A DNA stretch of 39,578 nt from Neophaeotheca triangularis (Eukaryota). Where the stretch lies: positions 682,001-721,578 of the forward strand of contig BAAIJX010000007.1 in assembly GCA_054600435.1 (NCBI GenBank). Direction: 5' to 3'. A model generated the notes under the pieces. It worked only from the letters and a program-made list of their open reading frames with translations. It was not told where the DNA came from and ran no database searches. The translations under genes and the position numbers were made by a program. Position 1 is the first letter of the stretch, and each line of letters opens with the position of its first letter. Positions 21,973 to 34,417 of the stretch are shown here, piece by piece.

Positions 21973-22646
21973 GTAGTTACTCTCCATACATTGGATAGGT
22001 GCTTGTAGGTCACGGGTACGTGCAAAAGACGGGTATGAAGACACATCACACATCACACACACGGACGAGCTATAGCCAGTGTCAAGTCCAGCTCAGGAGC
22101 ACATGGGACATGGGACATGGGACATGAATGGGATGGCGGCGGGAAAAGCAAAGCGAGGGACGACCTTGTTCACCCAGAAAGAACAGGAACCTTCTATCTG
22201 TCTGTCCCTCCCTTCCCTTCTCGTTGACAGAGGCAAGGAGTGCATGTGTGTCTGTGTCTGTCCTCCCAATACGCCGAAACGTCTCTCAAATCCACACATT
22301 ACGAGCGAGCGAGCAAGCAAACTCTCGTCGTGATGGAAGTGAAGTTGGGTCTGGTGCGGTGGGGGAGGGGGGTATCTAAAACTTCAACTACAGTATGCCC
22401 GGCCGGTCATGTCGTCCTGGCTGATTGACAGGAAGCAACATCCCATCCCTCTCGCACCTTGGCCCACCAAAAAAAGAGAAAAAAAAAAAAAAAAGGACTC
22501 GCGCCCTATCACACCACAAGATGACCTTTCCCCCCCATAAAACTCCACCGCTATGCTAGATGTAGAACCGTGAAACCCCATTTCTCCCCAATCCAGCAGA
22601 CTCTCAGAGTGCCTAGTTGATACAAAAGTCCCCATGCTACATCCCT

Positions 22647-25600
22647 CTACCTCTTCGCCCCACCCCCAACCTTCTTCCTAGGAATAAACGCACTCGACTT
22701 CTTCTGCCCCAACTGTTGCGCCGTCGACATGGCAGGTTTCATCTTCGGCCTAGCAGCAGCAGCAGCAGCAGCCTCAGTTTCAGCAATCCCAATGCCACTA
22801 CCACCATCTCCACCTCCATCTCCACCTCCAACCTCAACACCAACACCAACACCAACGCCCGCGTCCGTATCCGTATCCGCATCCGCCATCTCCACGTCCT
22901 CACGAGGAAGCTTGGAAACATGGCGCCCATCGCCCTCAGCCCGGCGCTTGCCTTTGATCCGATCTTGGAATTTGTACGTGACACCTTCCATTTTGTCCGA
23001 CGTGTCGTCTCGGCCGGTGGCAGGTGTAGTAGCAGCTGGCCTAGCAGCAGTCTGTGCGACAAGACCAGGGCCGCCCGTACCCGCGACACCTGTCACGCCC
23101 GCTGCCAGCCTCGGCGTAGCACCCGCTCCCAACCCATCACCATCACCATCGGCATCGGCGGCAAAAGAACTCGAAGCCTTAGCCAACATCCCCCGCAAAT
23201 CCCCCGTCGAATACCTCCCCCGACTCTGCGAATCCTGAATCAACAACCGCCAAAACTCACCCCTAATCAGCGACTCGGAATTTCCCAAAACCCAAAGGCT
23301 TGACTTTGCCCTCGTCAAGCCGACGTTCATACGGCGGATATCCTGCAAAAATCCGACGCCACCGGCGGGCGAAGCACGCACGCACGAAAAGATGATGATG
23401 TCGCTCTCCCTGCCTTGAAAAGCGTCCGTGGTATTGAATTCAATGCTGTCAAAGATGGAATTCCCGTACCGGCTGGAGAATTTGTCTTTGAGAACGCGGA
23501 GTTGCGCTTTGTACGGGGTGATGATGCCGATTTGGCCTTTGAAGTCGTGCGAGGGGAAGTCGGTCGTTAGACGGTCGACGAGAGCCATGGCGATGTCGAT
23601 TTCTTGCAAGTTGACGAGCGAGTGGCCTTTGCCGTATTGGTGCTGGCCCTTGACGTCGAAGAAGCGGAACGGCGCGAGGAGCGAGCTGGCGTGCCAGGGT
23701 TTGGCGCGCAGGGCGGCCATGCCCGTGCCGTCTTTGAGGAGGCCGTCGTAGAAGGTCCGGGAAGGGAAAGCGCTGATTTCCGGGTGCATACGGTATTGGG
23801 TGTCGAGGAGGTGGACTTGGGCGGGTGCGTTGTTTTGCATACGGACGAAGAGACTCTGCTCGTATTGGAAACGCGCGGCTTCCTTGGAGAAGACTGTGGG
23901 TGGCAGCTGCTTAGGGTCCCCGACCATGATGCACTTGATGCAGCCGTACTTGAGTGGGATCAGAGAGCTCATCTCCACGCACTGCGCGGCTTCGTCGATG
24001 ACCACCGTCTCAAACTCGATGTTGACGTTCTGAAACATGTCGTGCCCGCTACCGCTGAGCGTGGCGCAAATGACATGGGCATCGTCAAGAACGGCCTGCT
24101 GGGCTCGCTTCTTGCTCAACTCCGCTTCTCGATTGCTCGACGCCTCAGTGTCTTTGATGCTCTCAATGTGGGACGAGAGCGCAGCTCGTTTCCTTCTCAT
24201 AGCAGCGATTTCTTCTTCCAACTTTTTGAACTCGGCACCCTTGACCTCGCCGCTGTCACGCTTGTCCTGAATCACCTTGAGCGCATCTGAAAGCGACTTG
24301 TGCTCCTGGAACACCGCCGCGCTCTTCTCCTTCTGTTTCGCGTCCTGGCCGCCACCCAGGCGTTTCTGCACAAGCTCATCCATCGTCACATCGACGACTT
24401 GCTGGTTGATAGCATCGCTCCTTCCAATGCGTACGACATTGAGAGGGTAATGCTTGCCGCTCTTGGTCTTGACGCCTTCTTTCAGACGCATGACCAACTC
24501 ATCCACGGCAGCATTGCTAGGAGCGCAAACCAAAAGTTTCTTGGGCGCGACATCCATGCTGTTCACCTGCCCGCCGTTTGCAGGCCTGGGAACATTTATT
24601 TTCGTAGCACCACCAGACTGCGCCAGCTGCGTCGACAAGAGGCCGCCAACAATCGCAATGATTGTTTTGGTCTTGCCACTGCCCGGAGGCCCCTGGATCA
24701 AGCTGAACCCCTCATTCTCCATGGCGGCGTTGATAGCTTCACTCTGAGCGCGATTGACGTTCCACACATCCTGACACGTCTGGATCTGCTTCTCCGTGTA
24801 GTCGATCTTGGGGGAAGGTTTCGCGCGGGTGATTTGGCTGCACAAGTCGTAGTACTGAAGCGCTTGCAGCGCGCCGTACTCGCGCTCCAGCGGCGTAATG
24901 CTCGAGATCTTGATACCGTGCACCACTGCCTGCGTAGTGAGGTGTGAAGGCAAGTTGCCGCGCGGCATGCTCTGGTAGACAATTTCAAGACCGGCCTTCT
25001 GACGCTTAATCTTGTAGATGCGAGCGAGGGCGTTGGGCGCATCCTTGTCCTGCGCGGGTTTCGGGGATTTAGATAGTAGCACGATGTCACCTTCCTGAAG
25101 TCCAGTCTCCTTGTTGTCCTGGAAAGAGATGAGCGAGCTAATTTCCACCATGCCATCCACGTTGCTCCGACTCGAGATCTTGATGTCGTAGGGTTTGCTG
25201 CTATTTTCTTCGCGAGCCCGGATCAGACCCTGCCACGCTTCCAACGTCAACAGCGGCTGGAAAGTCTGCTGGTATGTAGTCGGATCGTTGAAGACATTCG
25301 CAACCTGTTGGAATTGATTCTTGTTCGCTCCAGGAGGGTAATGCCCGTCGTGGAAAAAGTCCCACCCAAGTATAACTTTATGTAGCGCCCCGAGATCAGG
25401 CTTGAGTCGCGCGCGCATGTCCCTGGCGTTCCGCTGAGTCCGCTGAATCCTCATCGGCTTCCGTTGCTCAGCCTTGATGTTCTCCACGGCCGGCATGTTC
25501 GCTTTGCGCTCTTTCTTTGCGTTTGGGTTGGGTCCGAAGAGATCCACGTCGTCATCGTCGTCATCATCATCATCACTCTCCTCGTCTGAAGATATCATTA

Positions 25601-28600
25601 ATTGCGGTCCCGGCATGCTGTGATCCTTACCCAAGTTACCAAGATTCTGAGCCCCAGTACCCGCACCCGTTCCCTTACTCTTGGCCAGAAACGCCGCTTT
25701 CCTTTTCTCCGCTTCTTCCTTCTCCTTCAAACGCTTGGCCTTAAAATCACTCATCTTCGCCGCATTCTGCTGAGCAACTTGCGCAGCCTGCGCGTTCGCG
25801 ACCCCAAGTGTCTTCATGAGCTTGTTGTCCGGCCGCTTCGCCGCTGCCATGGCGGCCGCAGTCCCATTCTGCTTTTGCTTCTGAGCGACATCTGCCCAAG
25901 CATTTACATCGAGAGCGCCTTTCTTGGGCTTCTCGACCTTTGTAGCGGTTGCGGCAGCACCGCCCGCGCCCGACGAAGCCCAGTTCTGCAGTAGCGTCTG
26001 CTTCTGTTTAGGCACCGTCGGCTCGAGCTCGACCACAGGCGCGATGTGGTGACCGGTGTACTTTTCGAGCGCCCGCTGTAACTCAGCCTTGTGCGTCATG
26101 GTCAACTTGGTCTTGACATAGCCCGGCATCTTCTCAGAGGTCGTGACAATTCTCCTGACGAAATCGACCGCAGCGTCATCGACCCTAATGCCGACCTCGC
26201 GCAGCCGGACCAGCATTTTGCTCGTCAAGCCTACCGCTTTGTCGATGAGCCACTCGTCCCGAAGACGGAGCCAGCGAGTCAGTGGCTCGAAGGCCGACTT
26301 GGGATCCTTCATCAGCTCCCTGGCGATAGCGTCGTGAGAGTCCGGCTGCCCCATTTCGCTTTCGATAGCACTGGCAATGACAGCGTACTGATCAAAGAGG
26401 TTGTCGGCGAAATCCAGAGTCTCACGACAAAACTCCGCCATGAGATTCTTTGCGTAACCAAGGAAAGCCCAGTTCTCGGTCTCGGCGAACATGGTGCTGG
26501 TGACGTTCCAGGTACACGTCCAGAACTCCTGCAGGATTCTCCAATTCGTAGGTAACTCCTGAGATCTGAGCAGGCCGTCGCGGCTGTTGCAAAGGGCGTC
26601 GAAAATCTCGTGGCAGACTTTGAGGAGCATGGAGCAGGGAGCAAAATTCTTGGCTTTGACAGTCGACTTCTGAGTCTGCACAATGGCCGGAATGATCTTG
26701 TCCGCGTGATGTTCGGTGAGGTGCCTCAAACTATCCCGACGGCTGTCCTGCTCGGTTATTTCCTTGATCACGTTCAGCGCTGCGGCGTGGACTTCTGGGT
26801 TTCCAGAGAACAGCAAAGACATCAGCCCGGTCGTCGCCGTCTGATCGAAAAGCAGCTGTCGGGATTGTGAGGGTAGAAGATTGCTAAGGCCACCCAGTAG
26901 ATTGTCCACGACGTAGGTCAAGACGCGATCCAAAGCATTGTTCCACTTCTCGGTGATCTTTGGCGCTATTTGCATCTGACGCGAGCTGAACTTCTCCAAC
27001 GACAACAGACCTATGACTCCAGAGAGAATGGCTTTTGGCAGATAAGGGTTGCCTTTCTCGACCGCGCGAAGACTAGTCTTCCAGATCTTGAGCCCGGAAA
27101 CAGCGAGGTCGTGGTCAAGGGTGTTGTTCTCCTCAATTACATCACGGTCATTGGCTAGAGACTGCACGTCTAAAGCCAGCGAGTACTCGATGATGTTGAG
27201 GTAAGACATGTCGATGGGTTCCAGGATTGACTTCTTCTCGACCCCGCGCAACTCCTGCATAACCGTATCGAACCAAGGCACGACCACCCCCTCAATCATT
27301 TGCTGTATGACGAGACCACCCTTGACGCTTCGACGCATAATCGCCAGCGACTCCTGCAAACACTCGATTCCAGTCTGCCAGGCCAGGAGTCTCGCATGCT
27401 CTGTGTATTCGGACTTGTCTTGGAAGTGCTGAAGAAAGTGGTCGAGAAGCGCATTGGTTGGAGGCACCAAGTTCATCGGCTTGATAGACCGAAGGAACGG
27501 CAAGACCCAGGTGAACTTTTCAGTGAGCTCTACTGGATTGCTCGCGACAGTCTGCGCCATAAGCCGTGTCAGTCCCGGCGAAGTACAGATATTCTGCACC
27601 ACAGCCGAAGCCGGAACAGTTCCCAAGGCCTCCCAGAAATCAGTCGGGCTGAGTTCCAAGAGCATTGAAAAGGCGTCCAGCTCGTCCTTGAGGTGGGTAT
27701 CGTCGATTTGGAAATGCTCAAGGCCAGTGGTAAAGAAGTTGCGGTCCATCGATCTCAGGTCCTGCGCTACCATCTGCTTGGAGAATCGCGAGAGGAGCAG
27801 CTTCATGCCGCGCCAGAATTTGGGCAGAAAGGTCTGATCGAGCGATTTGATGTCGACACGCGCGACAGCCTCTTCCACAAACTGCTTGAAGCTCATCTCG
27901 AAGTTCGTGGTGGTCAGAGGAAGCTTCACCTTCTGAAAGTTGCTGCTCGCCCACTGCCAACGCAGACTGCTGGTCGGAGCGAAGAAGAAGGCGCCCATTC
28001 CCGGACAGTACGACGGTAGCCTGATTCTCTTGTTCGACTGCACCAGCGCAAACGGCCCGTCAAACTCCCGCTGAAGAATCTCCTCATCCTTGAGAAAAGG
28101 AACGCAATTCAGCGCCTCAAACATGGCAAACATGCCCTCATCCCCTGCATTCTGAATCTTGCGGTCTTTGGCCGGTAGACAGTTGAGCTTGGCCGTCAAC
28201 TTCCTCAAACCCCCAGAAATGCGCTCCTTGTTCATCTCATCATAACGCTCCATGAACACATCCACATCCTCCTTATCAAACAGACCCTCCAAAGAAACCG
28301 CCAATTGATTTCTCGAGCGGTGGTACTCGCGGATGCAGATGTCGCAACGTGTGAGCTGCGTGGCCAAGTGCTTCTTCAGCTGCTCCTGATACGGTATAGC
28401 CTCGTGGCCGTCAAAGGCCATGATCCTAATGCCGAAGAAGACATCCTCGCGCCTTTGCTCGGCGTCTCTGATTCTCTCGTGTCGTATGGCCTTCTCTTTC
28501 GGTGACTCGTCGGTTTGCAAAGGGAGAAAGTCTTCGTCGAGGTGGAAGGCATTCTCGTCTTGAACGGTGCGGGGACAGAACCAATGGAGGTTTGGGTCGA

Positions 28601-28700
28601 GCTTGAAGAGGTAGCTTGGGGGAGGTGTTAGCTGGATGAATTGGTTTGATTAGGAGAGAATAGGGAGTACTTACTCAAGCTTCTCAACAATGTCTGCCAT
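22647..28700 (-). CDS. SEN1: Sen1 / senataxin superfamily-1 (Upf1-like) RNA/DNA helicase, ~1997 aa; exons 28700-28675, 28614-22647
   Basis: N-terminal Sen1 domain (LHWFCPR, LTRCDICIREYH). Helicase motifs LIQGPPGSGKT, LVCAPSNAAVDE, IDEAAQ, VGDPKQLPPT, QYRMHPEIS, TDAFQGRE and RRMNVGLTRAK. Intron GTAAGT..GCTAAC..AAG is in frame. Confidence 0.97.
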
Positions 28701-29323
28701 GTTGGCGGAGTTGCTCCGTGAGGATGGCGGTGGAACTTGAAGGCGTGACCAGTCCTGGGTGAAGTGGGGAAAGGAAGGAAGAGGCCAGGGCCAGTGGGTA
28801 GGTGAAAGTAAATACTAAGGCAGTGAGCACGTAAATGCCAACCCAAGGTCTTTCATATCTCAGTGTTAGTGCATTGTGCTAGAAGACAAGTCCATGTGCT
28901 CAAATTCACGTCGTAATGGTCGGCGGGCAGGTCAAAGGAGTGGAAGGCTTCCTCGAAGGCCGGTGCTGATATATATACCCTGATGAACGAGTGCGTGCAG
29001 AGCGAGCGTGACGGTGGAGAAGCAGCCGGAAGACTAGGGTTTTGGTGACTGGTTGGACAATACCCTTGGGTAATTATCCGCAGTTCGAGGGTGGTGAGGT
29101 TCACTGTTGTTGGTGTGGGCAAAGGTTAGGGTATGGCAGAAGTCGAAGTGGTACCTAGTAGTCGGGTGGATTGTTTAAAGATGGCCCTGCTGCAAGCACT
29201 TCGGCTTCAGATCCGAGACGCGATCAAAGCGCGTCTCTCTAGAACGTCATCAACAATGCAATGCATAGAGTACATAAAGTATTTGCTGTAACTACCTTAG
29301 GTAAGCCAGCGCGAGGTGGGGTT

Positions 29324-29489
29324 TTCAGACGGTTCTCCAGGAGAACCATCTTGGCATTTCGTCCGGTTCTCCTGGAGTACCGTCCAAAATTACCCCCCCT
29401 TTTTTTTCGTACGGTTTGTCCAGAAAGCCAAGATGGTTCTCCTGGAGAACCGTCTGAAGTGCCAAGATGGTCCTCCTGGAGTACCGTCC
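29324..29489. repeat. Palindromic repeat array: perfect 32-bp inverted repeat (29324-29355 / 29427-29458) built from a 17-bp palindrome present 4-5 times
   Basis: TTCAGACGGTTCTCCAGGAGAACCATCTTGGC and its exact reverse complement. Core GGTTCTCCWGGAGWACC (one mismatch in the last copy) at 29331, 29365, 29435 and 29469, with a degenerate copy at ~29413. Confidence 0.93.
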
Positions 29490-30220
29490 TAAGCCTACAC
29501 CGTATACTGTCAAAACAACCTACCCCAACGTGTAATATTCAATTATAACTTCACTTTTGGACAAGATTGTCCATACACTTCCATGATTTCCAGTCGTCGA
29601 GTACTAGTTCACCTAATATACCTAGGTAGGTACCTGAACGTGATTCGCACAGACTAGTAGAGGTAAAGTGAGCCTCACTCCACTACCTTCACCAGCCTCG
29701 TCAATACTAAGTCTCTCCAGCTGGCCGACAAGACACCTTGCCATTTGCATGGACAGTTTGAACATCAACGTGGACAGAAGCATACTAAAGCACAAGAACA
29801 TGCGCGTGAAAGACGTATTAGAGCTCCAATCTAGTCAAGGCGCGGGTAGCTGTGAGTTTAGTTGCACTAACCACCTGAGACAGCGCCCCAGCGGATCAGC
29901 CCTCGGCTTTCCGGAGGTAGCTGGATGAAAGTACGAGCATCGAAGTCGCCATAGCTCTCGATATATGAGCTGGAAGGTGCCAGTCCTCCACCGGCCCCCA
30001 AGGAGTCACGTAGCTTTTGCCCTCTGGTCTTTCGGTAATGGTGGAATGGAAGGCTTTCAGGGTTGTCTACTTGCTATGTTCCTTGTTGCGGCCTTGTATT
30101 TCGCTTTAGGCCTTGTCGCGAGGCGTAATGTTTGTCGGCTGCAGTCGCTACAGCCTTCCACTTGCCGCCTGTAAGAGAAAAACAAAGCGAGCCCTTCGGC
30201 ATACCTATGTCTTGATTCTC

Positions 30221-30881
30221 TCAATTGCAAGCCTCGTACTCATTATCGTCAAAGATCATTGCTACAGCAATCTCAGGCTGATCCGTGTAAACAATCGCCA
30301 TGTTCATCTCAACCAGATCGGTAAAAGTGTCGGGGAAAGTCGTGGTCGAAAAGTTCCCGGGGATGTCTTGATTGGGTCCAGGGTTGAAGATCAGAGAGTG
30401 GTAGACGAAGCTACCGTCGCTCTTGCGCCCGGCCGCTTGCATGTTGCAAGCGGTTGGAGGGGAGACGGAGTTTTGCAGGTTTGTGACGCAAACGAAGGCG
30501 ATGGATTTTTGGTTGAAGGTCTGGAACTCGCTGTCGGCTTTGAGGTTCCAGCTGGGCATGTGGCCTTCTCTTGGGATCGAAAGGCTGCCGGCGCCGATGA
30601 CGTTGGGGGCGCTGGGGAACTTGACGATCAGTTGGCCGGGGCCTGAGATGTAGTCGAGAGCGTGGTATCGCATTGGGTTTGGCGAGGAGGTGGCCACAGG
30701 AGATAGCTCAGGGATGATTCCTTCGAGGAGACTAGTGTCGTCGAACTTTTGATTGTCATTAGTTTTTCTTCGCTGTTGTGCAGGAACGAGACTTTGAGCA
30801 TACATTGTCAGAGAACGTCTGGCAAGCGGCGACGGCAAGACCTAGCTGCACTGCGGCAGCGGCGATAGTCTTGGTGAGCAT
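30221..30881 (-). CDS. Small secreted protein, ~200 aa, predicted beta-rich; exons 30881-30804, 30745-30221
   Basis: Exon 1 encodes a signal-peptide-like MLTKTIAAAAVQLGLAVAACQTFSDN. A phase-0 intron GTATGC..CTAAT..AAG joins it to FDDTSLLEG.... Four Cys. Confidence 0.8.
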
Positions 30882-31867
30882 CCCGAGTCAAGTTTCGATA
30901 GAGGAGGGATCAATTGAGGGAGGTGTCTTGCTGTTCCTGAGTGCAGAATGAGGTCGTTTGTTGGACTTTTATGTCTCGGGAATGGGCACAGACGATACAT
31001 CTCCACCATCTCTAAACTAAAGACCTACCTCCTCATCGTCAAGGTCCGAGAAAGTGTGAACCGAAGCGGGGAATTGGCATCATCGAAGAAAACGAGATCA
31101 CATTAAAGCGCATCTTTCCGAGCCTGGTGTAGAGATAGAGTTCTTTCATGGTATTGTCGTCCGCACAAGGTTCGAAGATCGTCACATCAGCCGCGAGGCC
31201 GATTTGACTTGAGCGCAGTAAACCGAGGCTCTTGGATCTTGAGGGGCGGCATTGCAAAAGCTAAGGAAGCTGAAGCGTAATTCGTACCTTGGTATGTTCT
31301 CGTCGACGCGGACTACCTATATCTGTGCCAACATAGAGGCCTTCGAGGACGTCGATCTTTCGACCAGATCCGCAGTAGCTGTGCACACCGTCCTTTCCCA
31401 GCCAGGGCTTCTAAACTGCTGATGACATCCTTCTCAAGACGGCGAACAAGAGAGCAAGGCACTTTATTCAGGCCGAAAGACACTCCTTAGTGATGATGAG
31501 CAAACGCTGTGAAAACAAGCCTTCTACAAAAGACGTCGTCTAAGCGTAAGGTACTTGTTGCGGCTTGGCACGTGCTTTTCATCGAGTCCGCCTGTCTTCA
31601 GTCTTTACTTTGTCCGCGCGATGGGACCGTGGTGTGGAATGTCTTACAGTACCAGAGAGTCACCGAAAGAGTCATCTAATCGAGTGACTGGACTCACGAG
31701 CATGGTTGAGGCAGAGGCAAGACAGCACAAAAACAAGAACGCAACGAGCCCCCAAAAGCCAAGCCAAGGCAGTAAGAGTGTCATGTATACAATCTATCGT
31801 CAACATCGTGAAAGCCTCGCTATGCCTGATTCCTCGTACACGTTAAAGCCAATAAACCTCGTCTCAT

Positions 31868-33870
31868 CTATGCGTCCAGCTTCAACTGGTCAAGCAGCGT
31901 ATCAATCTTCCCGAGCAAGATTTGATAATTCATTGCATCCTGTGCAAACTCATCACCCGCGACATCGCCGTTCAAAGTCCGCACAACGCCAGCTTCCACC
32001 TGCTCGATGTCTGGAGCGAAAGAGTCATTCGTGGTAGCAGTGGTATCGGAAGCATCGTGCGGCGGGGTTTGACCGGAGTGGACGTCGACGCCCTCGTCCT
32101 CCTGGTGCTTAAGTGCCTCTTCCTGGGATCGCTCCAGGGCAGCCGACTCGTCCATCATCTCGTCGAAACCCGTGTCCTCGAATCGCAACCTGAAGCGTTC
32201 GGAGAGGTAGTAGCGGATGTCATCGACCAGCTCGACGGTGTCAGTTTCCTGACGGCCGCGGATCCGCGACGCCGACTCCCGCACCAGGTCCGCGAAGTCG
32301 GGCTCGTCGATGTAGCGCTCGAGGCGGTAGGCGATGTATCTGGCGCCGAACTCCTCGAGCCGATGGACACGAGTGTCCCAACCTGCGCGCACCACGTCGT
32401 AGATGTCTATTTCTTCTTCCAGGGAGGTTTCGCCGCGAGGGTTTTCGCTTTCCACTATCGAGGCTGAGCCGTTGCCTAGTGTGGAAATGAGTAGTGCGGC
32501 GCGTTGCTTTAGGCGCTCGATGAAAAGCATATCGGCGGCTGCGAGGACGTCCAGTGCGAGTGATAGCGGGAAGTCGGCCTTTTCGGTGTAGAGGAATGTG
32601 AGGATGACTTCGAGGACGGCGGGCGAACAGTCTACAGGGACTACCTGGAGGTGGGTCGTTTCCTGGCCTTCCCGGAAAGGAGATGCGAACATGGTAGCGA
32701 AGAGCTCCGACCTGAGTAGCATCGCACGATGGCAGGGGAAGAGGACGGAACGCTTCGTCGATGCTGGTTGCTGCGTTTGCGAGGGGCCGATGGGTATTCC
32801 GTTGAGAGGGCCTTCTGTATGCCTTGCATCCGACGATGTAGCGGGCGATTCTTCCTCTTCATACGGCTCATCAGCCTGCAACAGCACGTCCGCAAAGATC
32901 GCATTTTCACGATCCCACCTCACATCCGCCACCTTCTCGGTATCAATGTGAACCTTGTTCGCCAAAACATTCGCCCTATACCATTCCTCGATCTGATTCC
33001 GTGCCCTGTCCACCTCCTCAGTCCGTCGTTGTCTCGCCTGCCTCCGATCACCTCCCTGAAGTAACCCCTCGAACAACCTCTCAATCTCCAATTGTCGACT
33101 GAGCTTATCAATACCCGTCAGAATAGCCTTTTCCTCCTCACCATCGCCCAGATCCGCCGACACCTCACCCATGTACAGGTACCGTATGCACGTCTCAAAA
33201 GCCTGCGTGGGCACACTGTGCGAAAGCTTATAGCTCGTTGTCTCAGGCTTCTCCTCAAACTTGCGCCTGAAATATGGACTCCTCGCGCTCAACACAAACT
33301 TGTGCAACGGGAAACTCGTATCGGCAGTGTGCAGAGTAATATCGCTAGTTTTGGGCACTTCCCGGGAAAGCAGACTAGTAATGTGCGCGGCAAGCGGTTG
33401 CAAAGGGTCGGTGGACTTGGAGTAGTCGTAGGAAAGCAGGAGGTTGCGGATGCGGTCGTTGAGGGCGTTGTACAAGCAGCGCTCGCCTTGGAACGTGTCT
33501 CGTTCGCAGAGGGCGCCCTGCTCGAGCAGCATGCGCACGACTTCGAAGTGACCGCATAGTGAGGCCTAGTGGTTCCTTTTCTCAGCATCAGTCGCGATTA
33601 CCTGACGGGGAGGATGATTCGGGGGAATGTGGGAAAGTGGCTTACCAGGATCAGAGGTGTGTAGTCGTAGGGATCGCGGGCGTTGATGTTGACACCCTTG
33701 ACGATTTGCTCTTGGCAGGCTTTCAGGTCCCCTCGCCGGCACGCCTCACAGAACCAGCGGAAGTCATCTGAGGTATCGAGAGGGTTTTCTTCTTTTAAGC
33801 GGCCAGAGGAGATCTCTTGCTTTTCAGCGTGCAGTGCCGCTTCGATCTGGTACTTGCTGGCAATGGACAT
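31868..33870 (-). CDS. Ankyrin-repeat and double BTB/POZ domain protein (ABTB1 / S. pombe Btb3-like Cullin-3 adaptor), ~640 aa; exons 33870-33646, 33565-31868
   Basis: Ankyrin segment EACRRGD...GVNINARDPYDYTPLILASLCGHFEVV. BTB1 SDITL..FPLHKFVLSARSPYF. BTB2 ADVLL...FPCHRAMLLRSELFATMF. Intron GTAAGC..CTGAG..TAG, phase 0. Confidence 0.93.
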
Positions 33871-34417
33871 GTTGGGGAATTGATTTTAGGGCCGATATTA
33901 GGACGAGATCTAGGTTGCCTCAACGATGCAATGCATTGAACCTATCCCTTTGCGAATGGGTCAAGAAAGAGGCGGGAAGACTGAGGTTATACCCATTCCT
34001 CCCGATTCAAAGACTCGATGCCCGCCAGAATGACGTACAAAACCCCCGAAGCGGCCTAGCAAGCTGCTAGCGGCGATAAACCGAGCTATCTCCGACGCTT
34101 ATCGCAACATCATCTGCTGAGCATGGGCTCGAGCCCATGCCAAATGGCGATGCATGACGACCAAAAGGACTACCTAGGTAATAACACATGGTGTTACAAC
34201 AAGCGTGTATCGTATTGAGAGAGAGAGCCTACCAAAGATGACTACGAAATGCCCAACTCCGGCCATGCGCAACGCGCTCAAAACTCCATGAGACCCCCGG
34301 GGGACTGCGACGACCCAAATGCCTCAATGCCCAATTGCCCAAATGCCAAACTCCATGCCTTTCAAAAGCGCCCATTTCCTTCCCTTTCCCGCTCGTATGC
34401 ATTGCGCAACATGAAAA

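Noticed and set aside
29324..29489. CRISPR-like reading of the palindromic array
   Set aside because: Eukaryotic context, no unique spacers of constant length, mixed orientation and no cas genes.
31419..31560. TGATGA motifs at ~31420 and ~31491 as a second C/D snoRNA
   Set aside because: No suitably placed CTGA box D and no rRNA complementarity that I could recognise.
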